Shown: positions 1 through 9,011, numbered from the stretch's first letter. The stretch is DNA of 39,329 bases from an uncultured Candidatus Saccharibacteria bacterium (GCA_964460835.1 CAYWQF010000002.1:1-39329); one strand, 5' to 3'. Made by a program: numbers and translations. The notes: a model not told the origin generated them from the letters alone.

Positions 1-1
1 A

Positions 2-1204
2 GAGGTACCTTTATCTAAAGCTATGTCTATGATTCATCAGCTCCCGACAAAAGATCGTAGAGCTTTAAACGCTCTATGTATGGATAAGTTGAAAGACATA
101 AGTTATCTAGCTGAACAAGAGATAAATGCTGTGTACACCCAAAAGCAAATAAGCGACGAGCTCCGTGGGTATAAAAAGCCATATAGTGCCACAATACTTG
201 GCTATGAAAATGATGAAAAAAGTATAGAGAATTTAGTAAAAGTAGTTACAGATAATTTTTATATAAGTCATAGATTTTTTAAATTGAAAGCGAAGATAAT
301 GGGTTTAAAAAATCTAGAATATTGTGATCGTGCGGTAGGTGTTGCAAAAAAACAAAAACCTGTAGAATTTGAAGAAGCTGTTTCTATTTTGAAAAAATCT
401 TTTGGTGCAATAAATCCAAAATATTTATATGTATTGGAAAAAATGCTTGCTACAAAAAAGATTGACGTAAATCCTCGTATGGGTAAAAGAGGTGGGGCAT
501 ATTGTAGTGGTGGTGCTGGTGTGCCGACAGTAGTACTTTTGAACTATGTGCCAAGTATAGATGCTGTACTTACATTTGCCCATGAAATGGGTCATGCTAT
601 ACACACAGAGTTTTCAAAGAAACCTGCGCCTTTATACCAGCACTACACTATCTCAGTAGCAGAAGTTGCTAGTACTTTTTTTGAGAATATTGCATCTGAA
701 GAAATTTATAAAAATCTATCAAAACAAGAAAAGATATTTCTCCTTTACGATAGAGTGGCTGACAGTGTACAGACAATATTTAGGCAGATAGCTTGTTTCA
801 ACTTTGAGCTGTCTTTGCATGAGGAAATGAAAGCTAAGGGTGCTTTGACTACAGAAGATATAGGAGGTCTCCATAACAAGCATATGCAGGCATATCTTGG
901 CCCGGTGTTTAAGATGAAAGAGTCTGATGGATACTTCTTTGAACCATGGTCACATATTCGAAACTTTTTCTATGTGTATTCTTACGCTTACGGCGAGCTT
1001 ATCAGTAAGGCTCTATTTAGAAGATGTAAAAAAGATCCAAGTTTCCATGCAAAAGTAGATCAATTCCTAGAAGCGGGATGCACAATGTCTCCAGAGGACA
1101 TTTTCAAGAGTATTGGTGTCGACACTTCAAATACAGAATTTTTCAAAGAAGGATTGAAGGCTATAGAGGATGATATTGTGGAGTTGGAAAAGTTGTTGGG
1201 GTAG
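2..1204 (+). CDS. pepF: M3B oligoendopeptidase F-like zinc metallopeptidase (5'-partial)
   Basis: The frame is open from nt 2, with no stop before the first ATG at 23, so the N-terminus lies upstream of the window. It has the zinc motif HEMGH in FAHEMGHAIH. The ~390-aa C-terminal architecture is typical of PepF-type M3 peptidases. Confidence 0.8.
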   Translation, partial: EVPLSKAMSMIHQLPTKDRRALNALCMDKLKDISYLAEQEINAVYTQKQISDELRGYKKPYSATILGYENDEKSIENLVKVVTDNFYISHRFFKLKAKIMGLKNLEYCDRAVGVAKKQKPVEFEEAVSILKKSFGAINPKYLYVLEKMLATKKIDVNPRMGKRGGAYCSGGAGVPTVVLLNYVPSIDAVLTFAHEMGHAIHTEFSKKPAPLYQHYTISVAEVASTFFENIASEEIYKNLSKQEKIFLLYDRVADSVQTIFRQIACFNFELSLHEEMKAKGALTTEDIGGLHNKHMQAYLGPVFKMKESDGYFFEPWSHIRNFFYVYSYAYGELISKALFRRCKKDPSFHAKVDQFLEAGCTMSPEDIFKSIGVDTSNTEFFKEGLKAIEDDIVELEKLLG

Positions 1205-1292
1205 TAAAGGTGGGTTAGGAATCAATAGGGGTATAAAGCGAATTGTTAAAGTTATTAAAAATAAAATTGGTGGCAAATTATAAAAAATAAAA

Positions 1293-1326
1293 GAACCACC
1301 TCTGGGAAGATGGTCCTGTTTTGATT
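1293..1326. terminator. Candidate bidirectional intrinsic terminator between the convergent pepF and minus-strand ORFan
   Basis: Stem AACCA(1294-1298)/TGGT(1311-1314) plus TCT(1301-1303)/AGA(1308-1310), with a CC bulge and a GGGA (GNRA) loop. It is T-rich on both sides: cctgttttgattt on +, and ttcttttatttttt when read on -. Confidence 0.4.
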
Positions 1327-1379
1327 TGTGTTGTTGATTGTCCCAGCAATTTTGTTTAATTGAGTCGAAGTCTCACTGC

Positions 1380-2066
1380 TTATACTGTAACAGTTGGTGG
1401 TCCAAAAGCAGCAAACAGAAGGTCGGCTAGCGTTGTCGCACCCACAGCTCGGCTAACTGTGTTGCTAGTACCGACGACACCAAAAGAGTGCGTTCTCAAG
1501 AGATGTGTCAGAGCAGTCAGTATGTCGTATCCAACGCTTGTTTCTTCTGTGTTAAAACGTTGAATCAAATTGGCAAGCCTTGAATTATCGCAAACAATCA
1601 TCCTTGGTGTTGAGACCTCAATACCAGAATAATCCAGATGCAAGATGTTGCCGTTTGGAGTCAAAAAGATATGCTGTAAATCATAAGCACTATATAGACA
1701 TATTGCTCGTGTTTCCAGATTAACAGCTTGAGGCATTTTTTTGATACCAACTAAGCTATGCAATGACCCCATCATGAGTGGACTCATTCCAACCTCATGC
1801 CAATATTTCTGGTGGCCAGGCTTCTTGGCAGCAAATGTAAAAATACTCCCACTGCTAAGTTTCTTGAAATAAGTAATTTCCCGGCGTAGCATTCCATTTC
1901 CTGTGATGATGGCGGTCATGGCTGCGATCACCTTGACCCAAGACTCCGCATCCACCTTTTCAGCACGTATCGGTTGAGAACCACCACTAAATATAGCGGC
2001 CAGTATCGCAACAAAATCGGCGATGTTGTCTCTTGTTGATTCTGTCGAACTTGTATTATTGTTCAT
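1380..2066 (-). CDS. Hypothetical protein (228 aa), the only minus-strand gene in the window
   Basis: Clean 687-nt ORF with an AAGGGA Shine-Dalgarno-like element about 9 nt upstream of the ATG (read on the minus strand). A possible TTGACT-17-TACTTT promoter lies in the 2067-2207 spacer. A hand-counted line (1441-1500) is 53% GC versus ~40-43% in neighbours. I cannot assign any family motif. Confidence 0.6.
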   Translation of the reverse strand: MNNNTSSTESTRDNIADFVAILAAIFSGGSQPIRAEKVDAESWVKVIAAMTAIITGNGMLRREITYFKKLSSGSIFTFAAKKPGHQKYWHEVGMSPLMMGSLHSLVGIKKMPQAVNLETRAICLYSAYDLQHIFLTPNGNILHLDYSGIEVSTPRMIVCDNSRLANLIQRFNTEETSVGYDILTALTHLLRTHSFGVVGTSNTVSRAVGATTLADLLFAAFGPPTVTV

Positions 2067-2207
2067 ATGTCAATGTCCCTTTCTGTGTATTTTGTGTTTT
2101 TGAACGCAACTGGTCATACAGGACGAAGCCCTGAATCCCACCCATAAAGTACAACTCGCCACCACATTAGTCAAACCCCGCTTTTTTGTGATAAAATCTG
2201 ACCTATT

Positions 2208-4103
2208 ATGAAATCTTCAGAAATACGCAAGCGTTTCTTGGCTTTTTTTGAGAAAAGAGGGCACGCCATACTCCCGAGTGCTCCTCTAGTGCCTGAAAAT
2301 GACCCTTCGGTGCTATTTAACACTGCTGGTATGCAACCTCTAGTGCCATATCTTCTAGGTGAAAAGCATCCGCAGGGCGTGCGTTTAGCCAATTTCCAAA
2401 AATGCGTACGTACAGTAGATATAGATGAGATAGGCGACAATACTCACGCTACTTTTTTTGAAATGATGGGTAACTGGTCACTTGGCGACTACTTCAAGCG
2501 CGAAGCCATACAGTGGAGCTATGAACTGCTCACATCAAAAGAAGAAGGTTTTGGCTTGGATCCTCAGAGACTTTATGTCACATGCTTTGAAGGTGATCAA
2601 AATGCACCAAAAGACGAAGAGTCTGCTTCGATATGGCAAGAAATATTTGAGAAAAATAGAGTGACTGGCGAGCGAATATATTTTATGCCTGCAAAAAGCA
2701 ATTGGTGGAGTCCTGGTGACAATGGTCCTTGCGGTCCTGATACCGAGATGTTTTACGATGTTACAGGAGAGCTTACTCACGGTATGACCAAAGAAGAATA
2801 CATGAAAGCCGACGATGCCCAGAAAGTGGTGGAAATTTGGAATGATGTATTTATGGAATATCAGAGCAAGGACGGCAAGGTTGTCGGCAAGCTCGCTGCA
2901 CAAAACGTAGATACCGGCTCTGGCTTTGAGCGAGTGACTATGGTTTTGCAAAACTCTGACAATATTTTTGATACTGATATCTTTAAACCTATTATAGATA
3001 AGATAGAGGAATTTATTTCTACTGACGGCGCAAAAGACAATGCTGATAATTCTAAAAAATCAAAGCGAATAATAGCTGATCATATCCGTACAGCAGTAAT
3101 GCTCATATCAGACGGTGTCCAGCCTTCAAATACTGATCAGGGTTATGTGCTCCGCCGACTTATTCGTCGTTCTGTACGACATGCTGATATGCTCGGTATG
3201 AAAAACAGCTCACTTTTCTGGATTGCTGACACGGTATGTGAGTCATATAAAGATATTTATGAAAATGTAGGGCGACTCAAGGAGACTATTAAGGTCACTA
3301 TCGACAAAGAGGAGCAGAAGTTTAGAAATACTCTCAAAGACGGCCTAAAAGAGCTGGAAAAGAATCTTTCAAAATCAGGTGTGACAGATGCAACGGGTAC
3401 GACAGGTGCGGTCGATGCAATAGATGCAAAAGCGATTGATAGTGATTTGATATTCAAGCTTGTAACCACATATGGTTTTCCATTTGAAATGGTAAAAGAA
3501 ATAGCCAAAGAGCGAGGGCTTCATGTAGATGAATCAGCTTTCAATGAAAAATTTGAAGAGCACAAGGCTCTATCTCGTGCTGGAGCAGAGCAGAAGTTTA
3601 AGGGAGGGCTCGGAGATACTGGTGAAATGTCTGTGCGTTATCACACAGCTACGCACTTGCTACATCAAGCTCTTCGAGATGTGCTCGGCACTCATGTACA
3701 GCAAAAGGGAAGTAATATCACTCCAGAGCGACTTCGATTTGATTTTTCACACCCTACAAAGATGACAGATGAGGAAAAAGCTCGGGTTGAACAAATCGTA
3801 AACGAAAAAATCAAAGAGGCTTTACCTGTGCGAGTAGTGAGTCTACCTTTTGAAGAAGCGGAAAAGACGGGCGCACTTCACTTTTTTGGTGAAAAATACG
3901 GCGATACTGTGACCGTTTACTATATTGGCAATGATAAAGTTGACGCAAGTTCGGCGCAAGACCAGTCTATCGCTAGCGCATACTCAAAAGAGTTCTGCGG
4001 AGGACCTCACGTAAAAAATACTTCAGAGCTAGGTGTATTTAAAATTCAAAAAGAAGAAGCTGTGTCACAAGGTGTACGAAGAATAAAAGCGGTGCTCTCA
4101 TAA
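2208..4103 (+). CDS. alaS: Alanine--tRNA ligase, short form without the C-terminal C-Ala/DHHA1 region
   Basis: N-terminal class II AlaRS signatures (LFNTAGMQPL, GPCGPDTEMFYD). Editing-domain zinc motifs HTATHLLH and CGGPHV. It is 631 aa and ends shortly after the editing domain. Confidence 0.95.
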   Translation: MKSSEIRKRFLAFFEKRGHAILPSAPLVPENDPSVLFNTAGMQPLVPYLLGEKHPQGVRLANFQKCVRTVDIDEIGDNTHATFFEMMGNWSLGDYFKREAIQWSYELLTSKEEGFGLDPQRLYVTCFEGDQNAPKDEESASIWQEIFEKNRVTGERIYFMPAKSNWWSPGDNGPCGPDTEMFYDVTGELTHGMTKEEYMKADDAQKVVEIWNDVFMEYQSKDGKVVGKLAAQNVDTGSGFERVTMVLQNSDNIFDTDIFKPIIDKIEEFISTDGAKDNADNSKKSKRIIADHIRTAVMLISDGVQPSNTDQGYVLRRLIRRSVRHADMLGMKNSSLFWIADTVCESYKDIYENVGRLKETIKVTIDKEEQKFRNTLKDGLKELEKNLSKSGVTDATGTTGAVDAIDAKAIDSDLIFKLVTTYGFPFEMVKEIAKERGLHVDESAFNEKFEEHKALSRAGAEQKFKGGLGDTGEMSVRYHTATHLLHQALRDVLGTHVQQKGSNITPERLRFDFSHPTKMTDEEKARVEQIVNEKIKEALPVRVVSLPFEEAEKTGALHFFGEKYGDTVTVYYIGNDKVDASSAQDQSIASAYSKEFCGGPHVKNTSELGVFKIQKEEAVSQGVRRIKAVLS

Positions 4104-4218
4104 AACTGGTACTCTCATAAAATACGTACCACAAAAATTGCGCAAATAAAAAATCTCCACACCTAAACCTCTAGTGCCTATTCTTTTGCGAGCATATAGG
4201 TTGTATAATGTTTAGTAT

Positions 4219-5376
4219 ATGAAACGACTGGGTTCACTTGTATTTTATATAGGCAACGGTGTTGTCAAAGGAGGACTTGTTTTGCATGAAAAAGGCAAAG
4301 CACCACGTATTTTATGTTCTCGTGTAAAGTACTTACCTCATTATCATGAGAGAGACAGAGAGCATCTAGAGAGTCGTATACTCTCTGAGTTTTCAAACCT
4401 TGTTCAAGAAATAAAGACAAAGATTATTCCTACAACTAAAGAAGCTCTTGATGTAAGGATACGAGATACTCGAATACTACTAGCTTCGCCTTGGTATGTA
4501 TCAGAGACAACTGTCATAAAGATGAAAGAACCAAAGCCTTTTTTGGTTACAGAAAAGATGCTCCTAGATTCAAAAGAAAATATTGTCAAAGGATATAGAG
4601 ATGCACATAAAGTTGATGTCATAGTTCTAGAGCAAAAAATACTCCGTGTATCACTAAATGGTTATCAGACTACTGATCCTATAAAAAAGAAAGCAGAATC
4701 GCTCGATATGACAGTGTATACAAGTTTTGCACGTCATTCTTCTGTGGAGGAGATTAAAAAGATAGTAGAACAAAACTTCAATGTCTCAGATATTTCCGTT
4801 CATTCGCAGTCTCTAGTCTCTTTCTCTGTTATAGGCGACACTTGGAGTGATGCTAGTCAATACATCATTGCTGATATCACATCAGAACTCACTGAGCTTG
4901 TGGCTGTACGAAATGGTGCTTTGTCTGAAGCTACGTCTTTCCCAATGGGTAAACAATATTTGATAAAAAGTGTAGGCGACAGTATGGGTGTGACAAGCGA
5001 AGTCGCTGAAAGTGTTTTAAAAATGAAAAATGAAGGCAAAATAGAGTCTGATTTGGCAAAGAAAGTTGATAAGGCTTTGGTAGATATTCAAAAAGACTGG
5101 CTAAAGTCTTTGACTGATGGACTAGTAGTAATGTCAGCAAGCAACTCTCTTCCTAGTATGTTTTTCTTGTTTGCTTCAAAGCATGTAGCAAATATATTTG
5201 CTAGTTTTATTGTAGAGGAAGAGTATCAACAGTTTTCATTTGCAGAAGGGAAGTTCCAAGTGCATCAGGTATCTACAAATGATTTGTCAAAATTCTGCAC
5301 CAATGCAATAGGCGTAGATGCCGACCTGTCCATAATGATTGCTGCAATATTTAGCAATAAGATGTTTTTTAATTAA
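4219..5376 (+). CDS. Hypothetical protein, possibly a degenerate actin-fold (FtsA/PilM-like) protein
   Basis: 385-aa ORF. The segment IIADITSELTELVAVRNGALSEATSFPMGKQYL resembles the DIGGGTTD...G...P.GG phosphate-2 region of FtsA/PilM, but with the glycines replaced. It is tightly coupled (9 nt) to the next gene. Confidence 0.55.
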   Translation: MKRLGSLVFYIGNGVVKGGLVLHEKGKAPRILCSRVKYLPHYHERDREHLESRILSEFSNLVQEIKTKIIPTTKEALDVRIRDTRILLASPWYVSETTVIKMKEPKPFLVTEKMLLDSKENIVKGYRDAHKVDVIVLEQKILRVSLNGYQTTDPIKKKAESLDMTVYTSFARHSSVEEIKKIVEQNFNVSDISVHSQSLVSFSVIGDTWSDASQYIIADITSELTELVAVRNGALSEATSFPMGKQYLIKSVGDSMGVTSEVAESVLKMKNEGKIESDLAKKVDKALVDIQKDWLKSLTDGLVVMSASNSLPSMFFLFASKHVANIFASFIVEEEYQQFSFAEGKFQVHQVSTNDLSKFCTNAIGVDADLSIMIAAIFSNKMFFN

Positions 5377-5385
5377 TTAAAAAAA

Positions 5386-7023
5386 ATGAAAAGCAAATTT
5401 CACGACATCATACCAAATGACAAGCGCTCAATCAGAAATGTGCCTATACCAGCACGTTCTGTAAGTCATATAGAGGCCAAAAAGCTTAAACAATTTGAAA
5501 ATGAAGAGAATGCTACTTATATAGATGCCATAGATGATGTTGCAGAGTTGAAGGGTCAAGGAATAAATCATGCAACAAAGACTGAACATCTGACTATTCA
5601 TCACGGTACTCATGGACACGCTCATACTCACGCGCACACACACAAGCATAGCGAGCAGCACTCTCACACCAACGGTTCTCATAGCCGTAGCAAAAAACAT
5701 AAGAGTGTTGATGGTATAGAATCTATAAATATTGAGCCGGCCTTTTATCAAGCCAATGAAGATATTGTTACAGAAAATCTAAAAGATTTTGATTCTACTG
5801 ATTCTGATAAAAAAAGAGGCAAGACTTTTTGGCTGGTCACACTAGCACTGATCATCGCTGTTATATATGGTTTTGGTACTTATTTTGCTAGCGCTACTAT
5901 AAATATAAAACTAGTTGAACAGACTTTTGATTTGAAAGATACAAAGATAGATCTTCAAGACATAAAACACGACGCCATTCAACAATCATTTACTAAAGCC
6001 GTGACTGTAAAAGTGACTGGTACAAAGAAAGTAGAAGAAAAAGCTACAGGTACGGTGATACTTTACAATAACTTCAGTAGTAGTGCGCAAACTCTGGCTA
6101 TAAATACTCGACTAGAGATTCCTGAGGGTCTCATATATAGAACTGTAAAGGAAGTCAGTATTCCTGGTATGAAGACGGTGTCTGGCAAAAAAGTGGCAGG
6201 TAGTGTGGAGGTGGGTGTCGTAGCAGACAAAGCTGGCGATACCTACAACAAGGGTATGAAGGACTTTGCTGTGGTGGCCTACAAAGGCTCTGATAGATAC
6301 AAGACTATATATGGACGGTCTAAGACAGCTCTAAAGGGTGGTTATTTGGGTATGGTGGCTGATATTTCAGATACTGATATGGCCCTAGCTATCAAAGATG
6401 CCAAAAAACTGATAAATGAGGCTGTGAATGCTGGATACTCAGCCCTTGCTAGTAAAAAAGAGGTTCCTTATACATATATTTCAAATGCATATCTAGTAGA
6501 TTACAGTGAGCCTAAACAAACCATATCTAAAGATGGCAAATCAGCCGATATAGAGCTTACAGCCAAGGTTATGGCTATTATCTTCAACACCGATTCACTA
6601 TCGCAGTACCTTGCCAATACTTTCGTAACAAAAACCTCTACAGCTTCAGCAAGTACAACAAACCCTTCACTTGATACCCCAGCCAATTCTTTAGCTGAAA
6701 AAACTGATAGTGGAGATAGTACGGTGATATCTAAAAAATACATTGCTACATTTGATCAAATAAATATGAAGATTTCCTCAGATACAAATGTGACAATGCT
6801 TAATACAAATGAAGGTTCTGTGGTCTTCTCCGGTAAAACATCTATCTCCTCTATCTTAGATGAAGATGTACTGAAAAGAGCTGTTAGCGGACTCAGTATA
6901 GAGCAAGCTACGGGAATCATAAAAAATATGGTGGACTTCAGTACATTAAGTATAAAAGCCTTTCCTTTTTGGCTAAAAACAATGCCTAAAATTGACAGTA
7001 TCAAGATTCAATTGCTATCATAG
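5386..7023 (+). CDS. Single-pass membrane protein with a cytoplasmic His-rich tract and a large extracytoplasmic domain (hypothetical)
   Basis: 545-aa ORF. The N-terminus reads DIIPNDKRSIRNVPIP. A His-rich tract HHGTHGHAHTHAHTHKHSEQHSHTNGSHS is encoded at nt 5584-5700. One TM helix FWLVTLALIIAVIYGFGTYFASA is followed by a ~370-aa beta-rich region. I recall similar N-termini in Parcubacteria ORFans but could not verify this. Confidence 0.7.
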   Translation: MKSKFHDIIPNDKRSIRNVPIPARSVSHIEAKKLKQFENEENATYIDAIDDVAELKGQGINHATKTEHLTIHHGTHGHAHTHAHTHKHSEQHSHTNGSHSRSKKHKSVDGIESINIEPAFYQANEDIVTENLKDFDSTDSDKKRGKTFWLVTLALIIAVIYGFGTYFASATINIKLVEQTFDLKDTKIDLQDIKHDAIQQSFTKAVTVKVTGTKKVEEKATGTVILYNNFSSSAQTLAINTRLEIPEGLIYRTVKEVSIPGMKTVSGKKVAGSVEVGVVADKAGDTYNKGMKDFAVVAYKGSDRYKTIYGRSKTALKGGYLGMVADISDTDMALAIKDAKKLINEAVNAGYSALASKKEVPYTYISNAYLVDYSEPKQTISKDGKSADIELTAKVMAIIFNTDSLSQYLANTFVTKTSTASASTTNPSLDTPANSLAEKTDSGDSTVISKKYIATFDQINMKISSDTNVTMLNTNEGSVVFSGKTSISSILDEDVLKRAVSGLSIEQATGIIKNMVDFSTLSIKAFPFWLKTMPKIDSIKIQLLS

Positions 7024-7036
7024 AGAAGTTATAAAT

Positions 7037-7282
7037 ATGGATCACAAGATACAAACAGATAAAAAAGGAAAGGATGTGGTGTATGGTACTGTTATGGAGG
7101 CTCTTCCAAACACATTATTCAGAGTAAAAATAGACGGTACTGAGGACAAAGAGGAAAACCTCGTATTAGCGTTTTTAGGAGGAAAAATGGTACACAATCG
7201 TATCCGAGTTGTCATCGGGGATAAGGTATCTTTGGACATAGACCCCTACGGTGGGAAGGCTAGAATCACTAGAAGAATGTAA
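7037..7282 (+). CDS. infA: Translation initiation factor IF-1
   Basis: The 81-aa product GTVMEALPNTLFRVKIDG...VHNRIRVVIGDKVSLDIDPYGGKARITRRM is a typical S1-fold IF-1. The ATG at 7037 is preferred over the track start at 6992, which overlaps the upstream gene. Confidence 0.9.
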   Translation: MDHKIQTDKKGKDVVYGTVMEALPNTLFRVKIDGTEDKEENLVLAFLGGKMVHNRIRVVIGDKVSLDIDPYGGKARITRRM

Positions 7283-7286
7283 TCGC

Positions 7287-7316
7287 TTTACATTTAATAT
7301 TGGTTATAGTACTATA
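7287..7316 (+). promoter_or_regulatory. Candidate internal promoter (TTTACA-17-TACTAT) overlapping a perfect 12-bp palindrome, upstream of rpmJ
   Basis: TTTACA at 7287-7292 and TACTAT at 7310-7315, with a 17-nt spacer. TATAGTACTATA at 7305-7316 is its own reverse complement. Confidence 0.3.
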
Positions 7317-7344
7317 GCTATCACGACTTTTTATTATTATATTT

Positions 7345-7461
7345 ATGCGAGTAAAAGCCTCTGTAAAAAAGAAATGTGTTCAATGCAAAGTGGTCCGACG
7401 AAAAGGATCAGTGTATGTTGTATGCAAGGCCAATGCTCGTCATAAGCAACGACAAGGATAA
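7345..7461 (+). CDS. rpmJ: 50S ribosomal protein L36
   Basis: Hand translation gives [38 protein letters not shown] (38 aa) with the CxxC...C...H zinc ribbon. It is absent from the ORF track because it is under 60 aa. The track ORF 7251-7445 is a different, spurious frame. Confidence 0.92.
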   Translation: MRVKASVKKKCVQCKVVRRKGSVYVVCKANARHKQRQG

Positions 7462-7464
7462 TTT

Positions 7465-7842
7465 ATGCGTATACTCGGTATCACTATTCCAGAAAAGAAA
7501 AGATTAGATATGTCTCTTACTGTGCTTTACGGTATAGGCAGAAGCCGTGCCAAGCTCATCCTAAAGGAGGCTGGCATAGACTTTGCTAAGCAGTCACAGG
7601 ACCTTACAGCTGAAGAAGAGAACAAGATCAAGCTCGTTGTTGAAAAGTTCAAACTAGAAGCAGATCTAAAGCGAGAAGTTGGTGGTAACATCAAGCGACT
7701 CAAGGACATCAAGTCTTACAGAGGTTCTCGTCACGCTCGAAAGCTTCCTTCACGAGGCCAGCGTACAAAGACAAATGCTCGAACTTTGAAGGGTGTGAAG
7801 AAGACTATGGGATCTGGAAAGAAAAAGGAAGCTAAGAAGTAA
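7465..7842 (+). CDS. rpsM: 30S ribosomal protein S13
   Basis: MRILGITIPEKKRLDMSLTVLYGIGRSRAKLILKEAGID is a canonical S13 N-terminus. The position after rpmJ matches the conserved order. Confidence 0.96.
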   Translation: MRILGITIPEKKRLDMSLTVLYGIGRSRAKLILKEAGIDFAKQSQDLTAEEENKIKLVVEKFKLEADLKREVGGNIKRLKDIKSYRGSRHARKLPSRGQRTKTNARTLKGVKKTMGSGKKKEAKK

Positions 7843-7881
7843 AATATAATAATTAAGTAAACTAATAAAAAAACTACAGAC

Positions 7882-8298
7882 ATGGCAAAGAAAGTAACAG
7901 TAAAAAAAGAATCAGCAGAAAAAACTGCACCTAAAGCAACTTCAAAAAGAAAGTTGGATGTTGCTATTCTTTGCGTACAGTCTACATACAACAACACAAA
8001 GCTTGTCCTTACAGATACAAAAGGCAATGCTGTAGCTTGGTCTTCAAGTGGTTCACTAGGTTTCAAGGGTGCTAAGAAAGGCACTCCTTTTGCTGCCGCA
8101 AAAGTAGGTGAGACATTAGCGGACAAAGCTATTGCTATGGGTGTCAAAGAGATATCAGTAGTAGTAAAGGGCGTTGGTTCAGGTCGTGAATCAGCTATCC
8201 GATCATTTATTACAAAAGGTGTAGCTGTAGCAGCTATCAAAGACTCTACTCCTGTACCTCACAACGGTCCAAAGCCAAAGAAGCCTAGACGAGTATAG
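7882..8298 (+). CDS. rpsK: 30S ribosomal protein S11
   Basis: Carries the GSLGFKGAKKGTPFAA motif, and the position between rpsM and rpsD matches the conserved order. Confidence 0.96.
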   Translation: MAKKVTVKKESAEKTAPKATSKRKLDVAILCVQSTYNNTKLVLTDTKGNAVAWSSSGSLGFKGAKKGTPFAAAKVGETLADKAIAMGVKEISVVVKGVGSGRESAIRSFITKGVAVAAIKDSTPVPHNGPKPKKPRRV

Positions 8299-8374
8299 TA
8301 GGCAACAAAATACGCCGACATTGCTACAAAAAGCAGATAGGCAAAATGACCAATTTTAAATACAAAACAAATTT

Positions 8375-8989
8375 ATGAAACTAGGACCAAAATACAAAAT
8401 AGCAAGACGCCTCGGCGCTCCAATATTTGAGAAAACACAGACTGCAAAGTTTAAGCTTAAAGCTGATGCTAAGGGTGGAAAGCAGGGTGGCAAAAAAGGT
8501 GGCCCAAAGAGTGAGTTTGCAAAACAGCTTATTGAGAAGCAGAAAGCTAGGTTTACTTACGGTATCTCAGAAAAGCAGTTTTCATCTTATGTAAAGAAGG
8601 TTATCGAATCAAAGAGTCACACTCCTGTACCTCATCTATTTGAAAAGCTAGAGACTCGACTAGACAACGTTGTATATCGACTAGGTCTTACTACTACTCG
8701 TCAGTTTGCTCGACAGGTTGTATCTCACGGTCACATCCTAGTAAATGGCCGAAAACTAAACATACCTTCTTATGTAGTACTCCCAGGCGATATTATCTCT
8801 ATCCGTGAAGGTAGTAAGACTAATGGCATATTCAAGGAGGCTGAAGAAAAGATGAAGACAGACGTTACTCCGTCATGGCTTACTTGGAATACAGAAAAGA
8901 AGCAGGCTTCAATGCTACGATTGCCGAGCATGGAAGGTCAGGATTTACTGTTTGATTTGAGTTCAGTATTGGAATTTTATAAACGATAA
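8375..8989 (+). CDS. rpsD: 30S ribosomal protein S4
   Basis: S4 domain LDNVVYRLGLTTTRQFARQVVSHGHILVNGRKLNIPSYVV, with conserved operon position. Confidence 0.96.
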   Translation: MKLGPKYKIARRLGAPIFEKTQTAKFKLKADAKGGKQGGKKGGPKSEFAKQLIEKQKARFTYGISEKQFSSYVKKVIESKSHTPVPHLFEKLETRLDNVVYRLGLTTTRQFARQVVSHGHILVNGRKLNIPSYVVLPGDIISIREGSKTNGIFKEAEEKMKTDVTPSWLTWNTEKKQASMLRLPSMEGQDLLFDLSSVLEFYKR

Positions 8990-9011
8990 TAATTTAATTA
9001 ATTTAAATAAC

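Noticed and set aside
6992-7036. An upstream extension of infA overlapping the end of the previous gene.
   Set aside because: IF-1 is about 72-82 aa. ATG 7037 gives 81 aa and removes the overlap with the 5386-7023 gene.
7251-7445. A 64-aa + strand ORF between infA and rpsM.
   Set aside because: It is in the wrong frame. The same DNA encodes a canonical 38-aa L36 (rpmJ) in another frame, at 7345-7461.
7731-8240. Long antisense ORFs opposite well-supported genes. Examples are 7731-8240, 10309-11037, 12081-12518, 2535-2951, 22889-23383, 34622-34948 and 37875-38186.
   Set aside because: Each lies fully within, and antisense to, a gene with strong family motifs. The translations are low-complexity or hydrophobic shadows with no motifs, which is typical of shadow ORFs.
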